A stretch of 64,000 nucleotides of DNA from Planctomycetota bacterium (GTDB taxonomy: Bacteria; Planctomycetota; JAJSAM01; JAJVHW01), in assembly GCA_965248445.1 (NCBI GenBank), contig CBDFJG010000003.1, forward strand, positions 992,001 to 1,056,000, in the 5' to 3' direction. The notes beneath the pieces are model-generated. The model was given only the letters and a program-made list of their open reading frames with translations. It was not told the origin of the DNA and made no database searches. How positions within the stretch are numbered: position 1 is the stretch's first letter; each line of letters starts with the position of its first letter. This document shows, piece after piece, positions 35,323 through 44,976 of this stretch. The position numbers and the translations under genes are program-made.

Positions 35323-36560
35323 GCCGCGTCCCCCTCGTCACGCAACGCGTACAGGTCACACTCGCCTGCACTGAGATCGCTCACGCGTTCTGCGGTGAGC
35401 GGTCTCTCCCGACGATTCGGGGGCAGGATGCCCTGGGGCCGGAATCGCATGACGATGATCAGAAGCAGGCCGTAGATGAGGAAGCGAGCTTGGTTCGGGA
35501 TCTTCACGCCGCCGATGTCCTCGCGCAGGATCTCGCCGAGCGACATCAGCACGGCCGTTCCGAGCGCGACCCCGCGGATGCTGCCCATCCCCCCGAGGAC
35601 GATGCAGCAGAGAATGATGATCGACTGCCACACGTCGAGGCTCTTGACGCCGACGAAGCCCGCCCAGACCGCGTAGAGCCCGCCACCCACGCCGCCGATG
35701 AACCCGGACACGGCAAACGCGGTCAGCTTCGTCCGCGCCACGTCGACGCCACACGAACGGGCAGCCGTTTCGTCGAGGCGGATGGCGGCGAACGATCGGC
35801 CGACGCGCGAGCGGTTGAGGTTGTGGCAGACCACGAAGGTCAGGATGACGCCGACGAGCATCAGGTAGTAGAAGCCCGGCGTGTTCCAGTACGCGGGCTC
35901 GCCGAACAAGCGCGGGTGATTGCCGGGATCGAGTAGTTCCTGAGTCGTGCGATCGATACGTGTCGGGATGAACGGCAGGCCGAACGCACCGCCCGTGAAG
36001 CGCGTCATGTTCACCAGGCTGTTCTCGGCCCACAGCGACGTCTCGAAGAAGATCTCGGCGAAGCCGAGCGTGACGATGGCGAAGTAGTCTCCGCGGACGC
36101 GAAGCGTCGGGATGCCCCGCAGCACGCCGAGGAGGGCGCACGCGAGCCCCGCAAGGAGCAGGATCACGAGGATCGAGCCGTCGAAGCCGAACACCAGGTC
36201 GCGGACGGCTACTTGGTCGCCCAGGTTGTTCGTGGGGTTGGGCCAGTCGAGACCGGCCCCCGTGTGCTGCACCGTCGCCAGTAAGTAGGTGATCACCGCT
36301 CCAGTAGCCATGAACACGACGTACCCCAGGTCGAGGAGCCCGGTGAAACCGACCACGACATTCAGGCCGAGCGCCAGGATCAGGTAGATCTCGACGTACA
36401 GGACGACGTTGAGCGGCGCGGCGCGGAACTGCTTCCCGAACGCGAATGGCAGCAGCGCCATGATGAGTGCCAGCACCCACGGCAGCCAACGGCTGTTCCG
36501 GCCGGCCCAGAGAGAGCGCGCGACGCGCAACACGAGGCGAATCAGGGCGTGCTCGCTCAT
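35319..36560 (-). CDS. livM: Branched-chain amino acid ABC transporter permease
   Basis: GLNVVVGFTGLLDLG, RGDYFAIVTLGF, RPQG. Confidence 0.9.
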   Translation of the reverse strand: MSEHALIRLVLRVARSLWAGRNSRWLPWVLALIMALLPFAFGKQFRAAPLNVVLYVEIYLILALGLNVVVGFTGLLDLGYVVFMATGAVITYLLATVQHTGAGLDWPNPTNNLGDQVAVRDLVFGFDGSILVILLLAGLACALLGVLRGIPTLRVRGDYFAIVTLGFAEIFFETSLWAENSLVNMTRFTGGAFGLPFIPTRIDRTTQELLDPGNHPRLFGEPAYWNTPGFYYLMLVGVILTFVVCHNLNRSRVGRSFAAIRLDETAARSCGVDVARTKLTAFAVSGFIGGVGGGLYAVWAGFVGVKSLDVWQSIIILCCIVLGGMGSIRGVALGTAVLMSLGEILREDIGGVKIPNQARFLIYGLLLIIVMRFRPQGILPPNRRERPLTAERVSDLSAGECDLYALRDEGDAA

Positions 36561-37663
36561 GCGCGCCCCGCGTCGGGTTCACCGAGGATGCCACGGGGCA
36601 GGAACAGCAGAACGATGATCATGACCAGGAACGGCGCCGAGAAGGTGCCCCCGGTAAAGCCCTGCACGAATCCGATCAAGACGCCGCCGAGCATGGCGCC
36701 GCGGATGTTCCCGATCCCGCCGAGCACTGCCGCGGCGAACGCCAACAGGCCGGGGTAGTAACCCATGCGGAACGAGATGTTGCCGTCCACCTTCGCCGCG
36801 TAGAGCACACCGGCAACGGCTGCCATGCCCGAGCCGACGAGGAACGTGAACGCAATGACCTTGTCCACCGAGATGCCCATCAGCGCGGCGGTCTGCTGGT
36901 CCATGGACGTCGCGCGCATGGCCGTGCCGATCTTCGTGCGCGTCACGAGGACGTGCAGGCCCAGCATCATGACCAGCGCAACGATCCAGATGATCGCCTC
37001 TTTCCACTTGAGGCTCTCGATGCCCAACACGTTCTCGGTCATGAAGCCGGGAATGCTCTCCGGCTTGAACACGCGGTAGTCGGCACCCCAGATCAGCTGC
37101 ACGAGTGTCTGCAGCATCAGGGACATGCCGATCGCCGTGATGAGCGCCGACAGTCGGTCGGACTTGACGGTCTCGCTGGACACGCCGAGCCAGCCGAACT
37201 TCTCGAGTGCAGAGAGCAGCATCATCGCACCGACGACGGCGACGATGCCCCAGCCCCACACCGTGCGCCACTGCAGCGAGTACCACTCGTGGTCCACATC
37301 ACCCGTGAGCCGGTACATGATCGCCAAGCAGGACAACCCGGCGAGCATCGCGACCGAGATGCCGTCCGCGACCGGCAGTCGGCGGCGCAACGAGAGGTAT
37401 GCGCCCCAGTCGATGGCCATGCCCACGCCCGCGCAGAGGATGATCGCGGGCACGATTGCGACGAACAGGCTGTAGCCCGTCGCCTCCTCCATCCCGGTGA
37501 TCAGGAGCGCCCAGAACGCGCCCAGCATGAAGATCTCACCGTGCGCGAAGTTGATGAGCTTGATGATCCCGTAGACCATCGTGTAGCCGACGGCGATGAG
37601 CGCGTAGAGCGCGCCGAGCGACAGCGCGTTGACGAGATTGTCCGCTGTCAGGATCGAGCTCAT
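36557..37663 (-). CDS. livH: Branched-chain amino acid ABC transporter permease
   Basis: YALIAVGYTMVYGIIKLINFAHGE, AAVLGGIG, PRGILG. Confidence 0.9.
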   Translation of the reverse strand: MSSILTADNLVNALSLGALYALIAVGYTMVYGIIKLINFAHGEIFMLGAFWALLITGMEEATGYSLFVAIVPAIILCAGVGMAIDWGAYLSLRRRLPVADGISVAMLAGLSCLAIMYRLTGDVDHEWYSLQWRTVWGWGIVAVVGAMMLLSALEKFGWLGVSSETVKSDRLSALITAIGMSLMLQTLVQLIWGADYRVFKPESIPGFMTENVLGIESLKWKEAIIWIVALVMMLGLHVLVTRTKIGTAMRATSMDQQTAALMGISVDKVIAFTFLVGSGMAAVAGVLYAAKVDGNISFRMGYYPGLLAFAAAVLGGIGNIRGAMLGGVLIGFVQGFTGGTFSAPFLVMIIVLLFLPRGILGEPDAGRA

Positions 37664-37687
37664 GCGTGGGCGGGCGCCGGCCGCGCT

Positions 37688-38917
37688 CTACTCGGGCTGC
37701 TTCGGGGCGGGCGCGAACTTGCCGTCCTTGACCTGCGCCACGAACAGCGGCTTGGAGTAGCAGTCACCGTCCTCGTTGAAGTACGTCGTTCCGGTGACGC
37801 CCTTGTAGCCGGCAGCCTCGTCCTGGATGCCCGCCAGGTGCTCGCGGATCTTCTCGCGGTCGGTGCCGACCGCCTCGATCGCGCTGAGCGCCATACCCAT
37901 CGCGTCGTAGGTCAGCGCTGCCCACGTGTCCGGGTCCTTGCCGTACGCGGTGCTGAAGGCGGTCGCGAACGCCCGGATCTTGTCCCCCGTCTCGCCGGTC
38001 ACGAACTCGAACGGAGCAACGGGCGTGACGACGAACGCTCCCTCGGCGGCGGCACCGGCGTTCGCGATGAACGTGGGGCTCATCACGCCGTCACCGCCGA
38101 GGATCGGGATGTCCATGTTGAGGTCATTGCGCGCCGCCTTCGTGATGAGTGCCGCGTCGTTGTAGAGGCCGGCCACGAAGATGCTGCCCGGGTTCGCCGC
38201 CTTCGCCTGTTGCACGATCGGCTTGAAGTCCTGGGTTCGCTCGCGCAGGTACGAGAACGTGCCGACGACTTCGACCCCGATCTTCTTGCACTCTTCGGTG
38301 AACGACTCCATCAGCCCCTTGCCGTAGTCGTCATTGTCGAAGATGACGGCGACGGACGAGAGGCCGAGCTGGTCCTTGGCGTAGTTAGCGATCGACTGGC
38401 CCTGGAAGTCGTCCCGGTAGAGGTTGCGGAACATGTACGGGTAGCCCTTGCACACCTTCACGTTCGTCGAGCCCGGGCTGATCGCGGGAATTCCGGCGCG
38501 GTCGTACTCGACCTTGGCGTTGTTCGAGCACACCGAGTTGAAGTGCCCCACGACCATCACGACGGAGTCGTCTCCGGCGACCTTGCGCGAGACGTTCGTC
38601 GCCTCGGTGATGTCGCCCTTGTCGTCGAAGACCTCTGCCTCGATCAGGCGCTTCTTGCCGTTGACGGTGATCCCCCCGGCCGCGTTGATCTCCTTCTCCT
38701 TCAGCTTGGCCGCGTTGCGGATCATCTCGCCGAACGCCGCCGCCGAACCGGTCATCGGACCGCAGACGGCGATCCGCACGGGCTCGCCCCCGTCGCCGCC
38801 TTCGCCACCGCCGGAGTCGCCGTTGCAGGCTCCCAGGGTCAGAGCAGCCGCTAGCACCGCCGCGATCAGCGGTCGAACCCCGAGGACGCGGAATCGGCGT
38901 GAATGGTCGGACGACAT
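37688..38917 (-). CDS. livK: Branched-chain amino acid ABC transporter substrate-binding lipoprotein
   Basis: Lipobox LGAC, GPMTG, VVGHFNS, DDFQG, DDYGKGL. Confidence 0.85.
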   Translation of the reverse strand: MSSDHSRRFRVLGVRPLIAAVLAAALTLGACNGDSGGGEGGDGGEPVRIAVCGPMTGSAAAFGEMIRNAAKLKEKEINAAGGITVNGKKRLIEAEVFDDKGDITEATNVSRKVAGDDSVVMVVGHFNSVCSNNAKVEYDRAGIPAISPGSTNVKVCKGYPYMFRNLYRDDFQGQSIANYAKDQLGLSSVAVIFDNDDYGKGLMESFTEECKKIGVEVVGTFSYLRERTQDFKPIVQQAKAANPGSIFVAGLYNDAALITKAARNDLNMDIPILGGDGVMSPTFIANAGAAAEGAFVVTPVAPFEFVTGETGDKIRAFATAFSTAYGKDPDTWAALTYDAMGMALSAIEAVGTDREKIREHLAGIQDEAAGYKGVTGTTYFNEDGDCYSKPLFVAQVKDGKFAPAPKQPE

Positions 38918-39033
38918 GGCCAGTCTCCTTGGAAGGCGGGCGCGCGCCCGGAACGGGCGCACCGCGAAGCGAACCTAAGCCCGTGCCGGAGAGGGGTCAA
39001 GAGGCGCGGTCGATGCCCGCGTAGGATGCGCCC

Positions 39034-40506
39034 GTGGACCCCGCCGACGAGCCTCTGGTGCCCGGTCGAGAGACTCGTGAGCTCTGGCTCCGGGTCTTCG
39101 CCGAGCTGGTGCACGACGCACACGAGGAGCTGGCGGCCGGACCGGCCGTCGGCGCGCTCGGCAAACAGGCTCTCGCAATCCTCGAGGAAGTCTCCCTCCC
39201 GATCCCCGAGGAGCCGCTCGCGGGGGGCGCCGCCGAGGCGGCGGCGCTGATCCGGCGGGCCGCCTCGGCGGGCCTTCGTCCAGGAGGGCACGGCTACTTC
39301 GCCTACGTCCCGGGCACCGGGCTCTTCGCGACGGCGATGGCTGATCTCGTGGCCGGCTCGCTCAATCGCTTCACCGGCGTCGCCCCGGCCTCCCCCGCAC
39401 TCGCCCGGCTGGAGTCGGACGTGCTGCGCTGGCTGGCCGCGGAGTTCGGTTACGACGAGCGCGCCCGGGGCGTGCTCCTGTCGGGCGGGTCGCTCGCCAA
39501 CATGGTGGGCGCCGTCACCGCGCGGGACGCGATTCTCGGGCCGGAACCGGACCTGCGCCTGGCCACGGCATACGTCTCGTCGCAGGTGCACCACTGCGTC
39601 CCCCGCGCGCTCCGCTTCGCGGGGATCCCGGGGTCCGGCATCCGTGAGGTCCCCGTCGACGACGCATGGCGGATGGACGCGGTCGCGCTCGCCGCCTCTA
39701 TCACACGCGATCGCGAGGATGGGCGGACGCCGTTCCTCGTGGTCGCGACGGCCGGGACCACCAACACCGGCGCAGTGGATCCACTACCGGCGATCGCACA
39801 CATCGTGAAGGGCGAGAGGATCTGGCTACACGTCGACGCGGCCTACGGCGGTGCGTTCGTCCTGTGTGAGGAGGGGCGGCGCGTGCTCGAGGGCATGTCC
39901 CGGGGGGACTCGATCGCGTTCGACCCCCACAAGGGCCTGCACCTGCCGTTCGGCACCGGCGCACTGCTCGTGAAGCGCGGCGGGCGCCTTGCCGCCGCCC
40001 ACTCCTCGGACGCGCACTATCTGCAGGACTTCGAGGGAGTGGACAGCCGGCGCAACACGCCGAGTCCCACGTCACTCGGGCCCGAGTTGTCCCGCGATTA
40101 CCGCGGGCTGCGGCTCTGGCTGCCGCTGATGCTCCACGGTGCGCGGGCGTTCCGGGAGAGCCTGGCCGCGACGCTCTCGCTCTCCCAGCAGTTCCACGAA
40201 GAACTCTCGGCGCACATCACGGCCGGACTGCCGGTCGAGATCGTGGCGGCTCCGCAGTTGTCCATCACGGCGTTCCGGCTGACCCGTCGGGACGGCGAGC
40301 AACTGGACGACTGGAACGCACGCAACGCCGCGTGGCTGGGCCGGGTGAACGCGAGGAAGCGCGTCTACCTGTCCAGCACCGCGTTGCCCGTAGCGGACGG
40401 CGAGGCGTTCACCCAGCGGGTGTGCGTGCTGAGTGCGCGCACGGGCGCCGCGGACGTCGGCAACTGCCTGACGGATCTCGTGGAGACCGTGCGTCCCTCG
40501 TCGTGA
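39034..40506 (+). CDS. Group II PLP-dependent decarboxylase (aromatic-L-amino-acid decarboxylase family)
   Basis: SGGSLAN, AGTTNTGAVD, HVDAAYGG, DPHK (PLP lysine). Confidence 0.9.
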   Translation: MDPADEPLVPGRETRELWLRVFAELVHDAHEELAAGPAVGALGKQALAILEEVSLPIPEEPLAGGAAEAAALIRRAASAGLRPGGHGYFAYVPGTGLFATAMADLVAGSLNRFTGVAPASPALARLESDVLRWLAAEFGYDERARGVLLSGGSLANMVGAVTARDAILGPEPDLRLATAYVSSQVHHCVPRALRFAGIPGSGIREVPVDDAWRMDAVALAASITRDREDGRTPFLVVATAGTTNTGAVDPLPAIAHIVKGERIWLHVDAAYGGAFVLCEEGRRVLEGMSRGDSIAFDPHKGLHLPFGTGALLVKRGGRLAAAHSSDAHYLQDFEGVDSRRNTPSPTSLGPELSRDYRGLRLWLPLMLHGARAFRESLAATLSLSQQFHEELSAHITAGLPVEIVAAPQLSITAFRLTRRDGEQLDDWNARNAAWLGRVNARKRVYLSSTALPVADGEAFTQRVCVLSARTGAADVGNCLTDLVETVRPSS

Positions 40507-40521
40507 CTGGTGAACGAAGCA

Positions 40522-40547
40522 CGCCGGGCCCTGTGAGGGGCCCGGCG
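40522..40547. terminator. GC-rich hairpin between convergent genes
   Basis: cgccgggccc...gggcccggcg. Confidence 0.5.
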
Positions 40548-40618
40548 CAATCGGGTTCGCCGGAGCGGGACGGCGCTCCAGCGGGGATGGACTGGTTCAG
40601 AGCGTCAGTTCGCCAATC

Positions 40619-42001
40619 TCAGTTCTTCGGCGCGACCTCGATCTGGTTCGCGCGGAACGCGACGCGGCCGGTGGAACTGACGCGCTTCTGAGAGACCAGC
40701 GTCAGCGTGAGCGTGCCCGCATCGGTGAGCTCAGCCGTGAACGCGATCGCGTTGGGGGCGACGACGCGCGTCTCGCCGTCCTGCGTGCGAGTGAGCTTGC
40801 GGTTCGCGATCCGGAACTCGATCGGCGTGCTCCACACGATCGCGGGCATGCCAGTCGTCGTGTCCACGCCGAAGTCGATGACCTTCTGGAAGCGCAGTAT
40901 GTGGTTGAGGGGGATCGACTTGCGCCGCGCGCGCAGAGCGGGCGAGTTCGTGAGCGTGGCACCGGCAAGCGACGCGCTGCGCTCGCGACCGATGCGTGTG
41001 CCGCCGCGCGATCCGCTGCCGCGGGCCGCGCCACCACCGATCGTCATGCCGTTGCCTTCGCCGAACAGGCCCTGGCCAGATCCGACGACCTCGCCGCCTC
41101 CACCGCTCGTCGAGCCGCCGCCCACGGATCCGCCGCCGCCACCGCCGAACGGTGCCGGGGGATTGCCGGTGCCGAAGCCGCCGTCCCAGTCGCCGCCGGT
41201 CGGCGTGGGGGCAGGCTCGGGCTCGGGCTCAGGTGCCGGCGCGGGCGCCGAGACACCGGCGGTCGCGATGGCCGTGGACATGATCGTTCCGGAGAGCGTG
41301 AACGTCCCTTGGAGTGTCTGGTTCCCGTTGGTCTCGACGACCGCGGTTCCCGTGCCTTCCACGCTGAACTCGGATCCGTTGCTCGAACTCATGTCCGTGT
41401 TGGTGCCTTCCAGCACAACTCCGCCCATGTACGGCTGGCGCACCTCCACGAATCCGTCGATGAGGATCGACCCCGCGTCGGCATCGATGGTGAACGTCGT
41501 CGAACCGGTGCTGTACCAGTCGAAAACCGCGTCGACGAGCGCCTGCTCCTCCGGTGTCAGCACCTGAGGGGCTGCGTTCACGAGTCTGCCCAGGTCCCCC
41601 CACGAGAGGGCGAGATCGAGCGCTCCGCCGGGACCCGGGTCGTTCGTCGGGTCCTCGTGCGTGCCGAGGATGCCGCGGAACCCGCCGAGATCGCCGCTGC
41701 GAGCGTCCACGATCGCATCGGGTGCGTCGCCGTTCAGGATCTGGAACCGGAAGTTCCCCAGTTCGTCCTGCGCGGTCGTGCTCGTGTTCTGCAACTCCGA
41801 CGCGATGCGCGTGAGCGCCTCGAGGTTGTCGGCCTGCGTCGTGACGCGGGCGGAACCCTCGTCGCCGGCGTTGCCCACGGACTGGAGCAGAGGCACGCCG
41901 AGCGCCATCGTGCCGGCCAGAACAGCCGTCGCGAGCGTCGTCTCCATCATCGTGACGCCGCGCTGTCGCGCGGTTCGGGGGGTCGTGTGCGGGGCAACCA
42001 C
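40619..42001 (-). CDS. Type IV pilin/pseudopilin-like protein (PilW/PulJ-like) with large insertion
   Basis: Prepilin motif RQRG/VTMME plus hydrophobic helix; Pro-Glu and Gly-rich linkers; pilin-like C-terminal beta strands. Confidence 0.72.
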   Translation of the reverse strand: MVAPHTTPRTARQRGVTMMETTLATAVLAGTMALGVPLLQSVGNAGDEGSARVTTQADNLEALTRIASELQNTSTTAQDELGNFRFQILNGDAPDAIVDARSGDLGGFRGILGTHEDPTNDPGPGGALDLALSWGDLGRLVNAAPQVLTPEEQALVDAVFDWYSTGSTTFTIDADAGSILIDGFVEVRQPYMGGVVLEGTNTDMSSSNGSEFSVEGTGTAVVETNGNQTLQGTFTLSGTIMSTAIATAGVSAPAPAPEPEPEPAPTPTGGDWDGGFGTGNPPAPFGGGGGGSVGGGSTSGGGGEVVGSGQGLFGEGNGMTIGGGAARGSGSRGGTRIGRERSASLAGATLTNSPALRARRKSIPLNHILRFQKVIDFGVDTTTGMPAIVWSTPIEFRIANRKLTRTQDGETRVVAPNAIAFTAELTDAGTLTLTLVSQKRVSSTGRVAFRANQIEVAPKN

Positions 42002-44016
42002 TAGAGCACCTCTCTCAGAATGCGTGCGATCTCGACGGGTCGCGCCATCGTCGGGAAGCCGATCGGCGGTCGCCGGAGTTGTGAGCGGTCGAACACGCTC
42101 TTCGCGAAGATGAAGCCGTGCGTCACGGCATTGCTCGAGTCGATGTACGTCGAGACCGGGCGGTGGTACGACACGACCCCGCCCAGGCGGCGGAACCCCA
42201 TCTTCCGGAAGCCGCTTCCGGTCGTGTAGACGCTGCCGTCACTGTCGACCGCAGTGTCGTTGACACGGACGTGGCCGGTCTTCGCCAGGAGAGTCGCGTT
42301 GATCTCGGAGTGATCGGGCATCCACTCCGTGTATTCGATGTCCGAGAGCGCGATCAGGCCGAGCACGCTGTCGCCCGTGTAGTCGGGGTTGGGCGTGTAC
42401 TCGGCGGTGTGGCTGTCGCCGTTCAGGTACGCGGTCTCGAGGGTGGCCGAGCCTCCGCCGCCCTCGTCGTCGTCGTCGTCATCGTCACCGCCCCCACTCG
42501 AACCGCCGGCCATGTGGCCGTAGACGATCGAGTCGGCGATGTGGATGTCGCCTCCCGAAGCGAACGTCACCTGGCCGTCCAGCACGTGGGTGTCGAGGCC
42601 GTCGTGGCTCGAGCGCATCGGGTCGAACACGATGTCGCCGGAGACGAAGACCGTGCCGTGGGTGCCGAGCACGTGGTCGTTGACCTTGCGCTCGTCCACC
42701 CACACGGACTCGTCGGAGACGGTCTCGATCCACTCGTCGATGACCTCGACCTCCTCGGTGACCGTGACCATGTTGCCGGTCTCGACCTCGACGTCTTCGG
42801 TGTGCGTTTCTTCGTACGTATCGCCCGTGGCCACCCAGTGCGTGTCCCAGTGCGACGTGTCCTCCCAGCCGACGACCTCGTCGACCCAGACCGTGTACTC
42901 CTCCTCGACGAGCTGGCTCTCCCAGTACCCGACGCCGCTGCCGCTGCCGCTGCCGCCGGTGTCGCCGCCGCCGCCGCCTTCGACCCAGACGTCGCGCCAC
43001 ACCATGTGGGTGTGGGTCTCTTGGTGTGACTCGATGATCGGGGAGGTCTCCTCGATCCAGATCGGCTGCTCCTCGTAGACGTTCTCCGTCGTCGTCCACG
43101 TGTGCGTCTCGATGACCACCTCGGGAACCTCGTGGGTCACCGTCTCCATGTGCGAGACGGGGGTCCAGGTGGAGACGCCCTGGTTCTCGTAGTGCGCGGC
43201 CTCCCAGTGCTCCAGGTGGATCTGGTCGCCCAGGAGCTTCACGTGGGCGTAGTCCCACTCGCCGCTCAGCGCGAGCATGGTGTCCGCACGCGTGGCGAAG
43301 CCGCCGACGTCGACGTCCAGCAGGCCGCCGATCGGCGCAGCGGCGTCGTTCGACGGTCCGTGGAAGAACGTGTTCTGCGGGTCCGTCTCGGCGGGACCGA
43401 CGGCGCCCGACACGTAGTCGAACCCCGTGACCGCCGTGACCGCATCACGGAAGTGCTTGTCCGCGAAGTAGAACTGGATGTTCTGGTTCGAGTGGATGGC
43501 GCCCTCGGGCGCATCGATCCACGGGAACACGGGCGAGCCGCCGCCGGAGATCCCGAGCGGGTGCGCGTCCACGAAGTAGTTGAAGTCCGCGAACGACTGG
43601 CGTTCGCGCACGAGCGCCATCACGCGCCGCGTCTGGTCGCCGCGCTCCGCCTCGGAGATGATCCGATACGTGGCACCGAGGCCCGGCACGGGGGCGCCGA
43701 ACTGCATCGCGGTCACGCCCGTCTCCCAGCCGTCCAGGTCGATGAACTGGTCGTCGCCGCGTGCGAGCGCCTGCTGGATGGCGAGGTTCCGTCCGCCCGC
43801 GTCGTAGCCGGACGAGTTGATCAAGTGGGAGACGACCTCGAGCTGGCCGAGCGCCTCGAAGAGGGCCGCCTCGCGGTGCGCATACGCCTCGGACTTGGCG
43901 CTCTCGCGCAACTGCCGCATGGTGTACCCGGCCGTGAGCGCGCCGACGCCGATGCCGACGGCGAGGATGATCGGGAGGACGCTGCCGTCCTCACGTGAGC
44001 GGTTCAGACTTCTCAT
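42001..44016 (-). CDS. PilX/PulK-like pilin-associated protein with a long Trp/Thr/Glu-rich insertion
   Basis: REDG/SVLPIIL N-terminus (no Glu5, PilX-like); IHSNQ, SVLGLIA, PPIGFP C-terminal motifs. Confidence 0.7.
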   Translation of the reverse strand: MRSLNRSREDGSVLPIILAVGIGVGALTAGYTMRQLRESAKSEAYAHREAALFEALGQLEVVSHLINSSGYDAGGRNLAIQQALARGDDQFIDLDGWETGVTAMQFGAPVPGLGATYRIISEAERGDQTRRVMALVRERQSFADFNYFVDAHPLGISGGGSPVFPWIDAPEGAIHSNQNIQFYFADKHFRDAVTAVTGFDYVSGAVGPAETDPQNTFFHGPSNDAAAPIGGLLDVDVGGFATRADTMLALSGEWDYAHVKLLGDQIHLEHWEAAHYENQGVSTWTPVSHMETVTHEVPEVVIETHTWTTTENVYEEQPIWIEETSPIIESHQETHTHMVWRDVWVEGGGGGDTGGSGSGSGVGYWESQLVEEEYTVWVDEVVGWEDTSHWDTHWVATGDTYEETHTEDVEVETGNMVTVTEEVEVIDEWIETVSDESVWVDERKVNDHVLGTHGTVFVSGDIVFDPMRSSHDGLDTHVLDGQVTFASGGDIHIADSIVYGHMAGGSSGGGDDDDDDDEGGGGSATLETAYLNGDSHTAEYTPNPDYTGDSVLGLIALSDIEYTEWMPDHSEINATLLAKTGHVRVNDTAVDSDGSVYTTGSGFRKMGFRRLGGVVSYHRPVSTYIDSSNAVTHGFIFAKSVFDRSQLRRPPIGFPTMARPVEIARILREVL

Positions 44017-44018
44017 GA

Positions 44019-44611
44019 CTAGGACCCCTCCACGGGAGCAGCGCGAACGGTCCGCAGCACGGGCTCGCCGTTCCAGAAGATCTCGATACGGAGCAGACGC
44101 GGATCGCCTTCGCTCTCCAGCGTCACCAGCGAGGTGCCGTCTCCGGCCGACGTGGCGAGGTTGCCCGACGTCGGGTCATCCGCGCCGCGCACGCCCTGGA
44201 ACGTCCCGTTCCCGTCGAGGTCAGCGTTGATCTCGACCTCGAAGACGCCGCTCGTCTCGAACCCGTCGAGGCGGAAGCGCCAACCGGCAGCGCCGACCGG
44301 AGTCTCAAGGCTGCGCAGGGTGAGCACGCCGGTCGAGGTGACCGAACCGTCGTCGTCGAAGAACTCCTGGATCTGCGGGGAGCTCGCCGTCTCGCCGTCG
44401 GGTCCACGTTGCTCCCGTACGGAAGCGCCACCATGCGCTCCATGTACTTGTAGGCCTGCAGGCGAACGACCTCGCGCTCGCGAGTGCTCGCCGAGGCGCT
44501 CTCGGCAGAGAGGACGGCCATGACGAAGCCGCCCATCGACACGGCGAGGATGCCGATCGAGACGAGCACTTCGACGAATGTCAAGCCGCGTTCGCGGCGG
44601 GTTCTGCGCAT
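44019..44611 (-). pseudogene. PilV/PulI-like pilin frameshifted by an 8-bp tandem duplication
   Basis: RERG/LTFVEVLVSIGIL prepilin motif. CTCGCCGT is duplicated at 44383-44398; removing one copy gives a 585-nt, 194-aa ORF. Confidence 0.8.
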
Positions 44612-44660
44612 GTGACTGACTCCACTTGGGACGCGGACGGAGTGCCCGGCCGGTACCCAT

Positions 44661-44676
44661 GGCAAACGACAGGCCG
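44661..44676 (-). promoter_or_regulatory. Putative sigma54 (-24/-12) promoter of the pilin-like operon
   Basis: Minus strand CGGCCTGTCGTTTGCC = GG-N10-GC with TTTGC, about 50 nt upstream of the ATG. Confidence 0.55.
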
Positions 44677-44754
44677 TGAGAATCCGATTCGCAGCAACAC
44701 CCTTAAGTCCCTTCGCTCTCTTCTCTTACGACAGTCTCTGTGTCGCGAACGGCC

Positions 44755-44783
44755 TCTCATTCTGAGACGATTCGCAATTGCGA
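44755..44783. promoter_or_regulatory. Palindromes, candidate enhancer-binding-protein sites
   Basis: TCTCA-TTC-TGAGA (44755-44767) and TCGCAATTGCGA (44772-44783), 80-110 bp upstream of the -24 box. Confidence 0.4.
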
Positions 44784-44865
44784 CGTGAGAACGCGGCGTG
44801 CTCCATGGGGACCGTAAGAGGGACGGTCAAGGCGGGTCCGTGCGGGTACCGATGCTCAGGTAGCC

Positions 44866-44976
44866 ATGCGTCGCAGTCGCCAAGTTGTCCTCTGGGTTCT
44901 CGCGCTCGCCTGCTTTGCAGGCGGCGTGGTCCTCATGCTGGACGACGGCGAGCCGGCCGATGCTCCTCACGCGTAA
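44866..44976 (+). pseudogene. 5' remnant of a membrane/secreted protein gene truncated by an IS66-like insertion
   Basis: MRRSRQVVLWVLALACFAGGVVLMLDDGEPADAPHA*; the stop TAA is supplied by the IS end GTAA. Confidence 0.55.
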
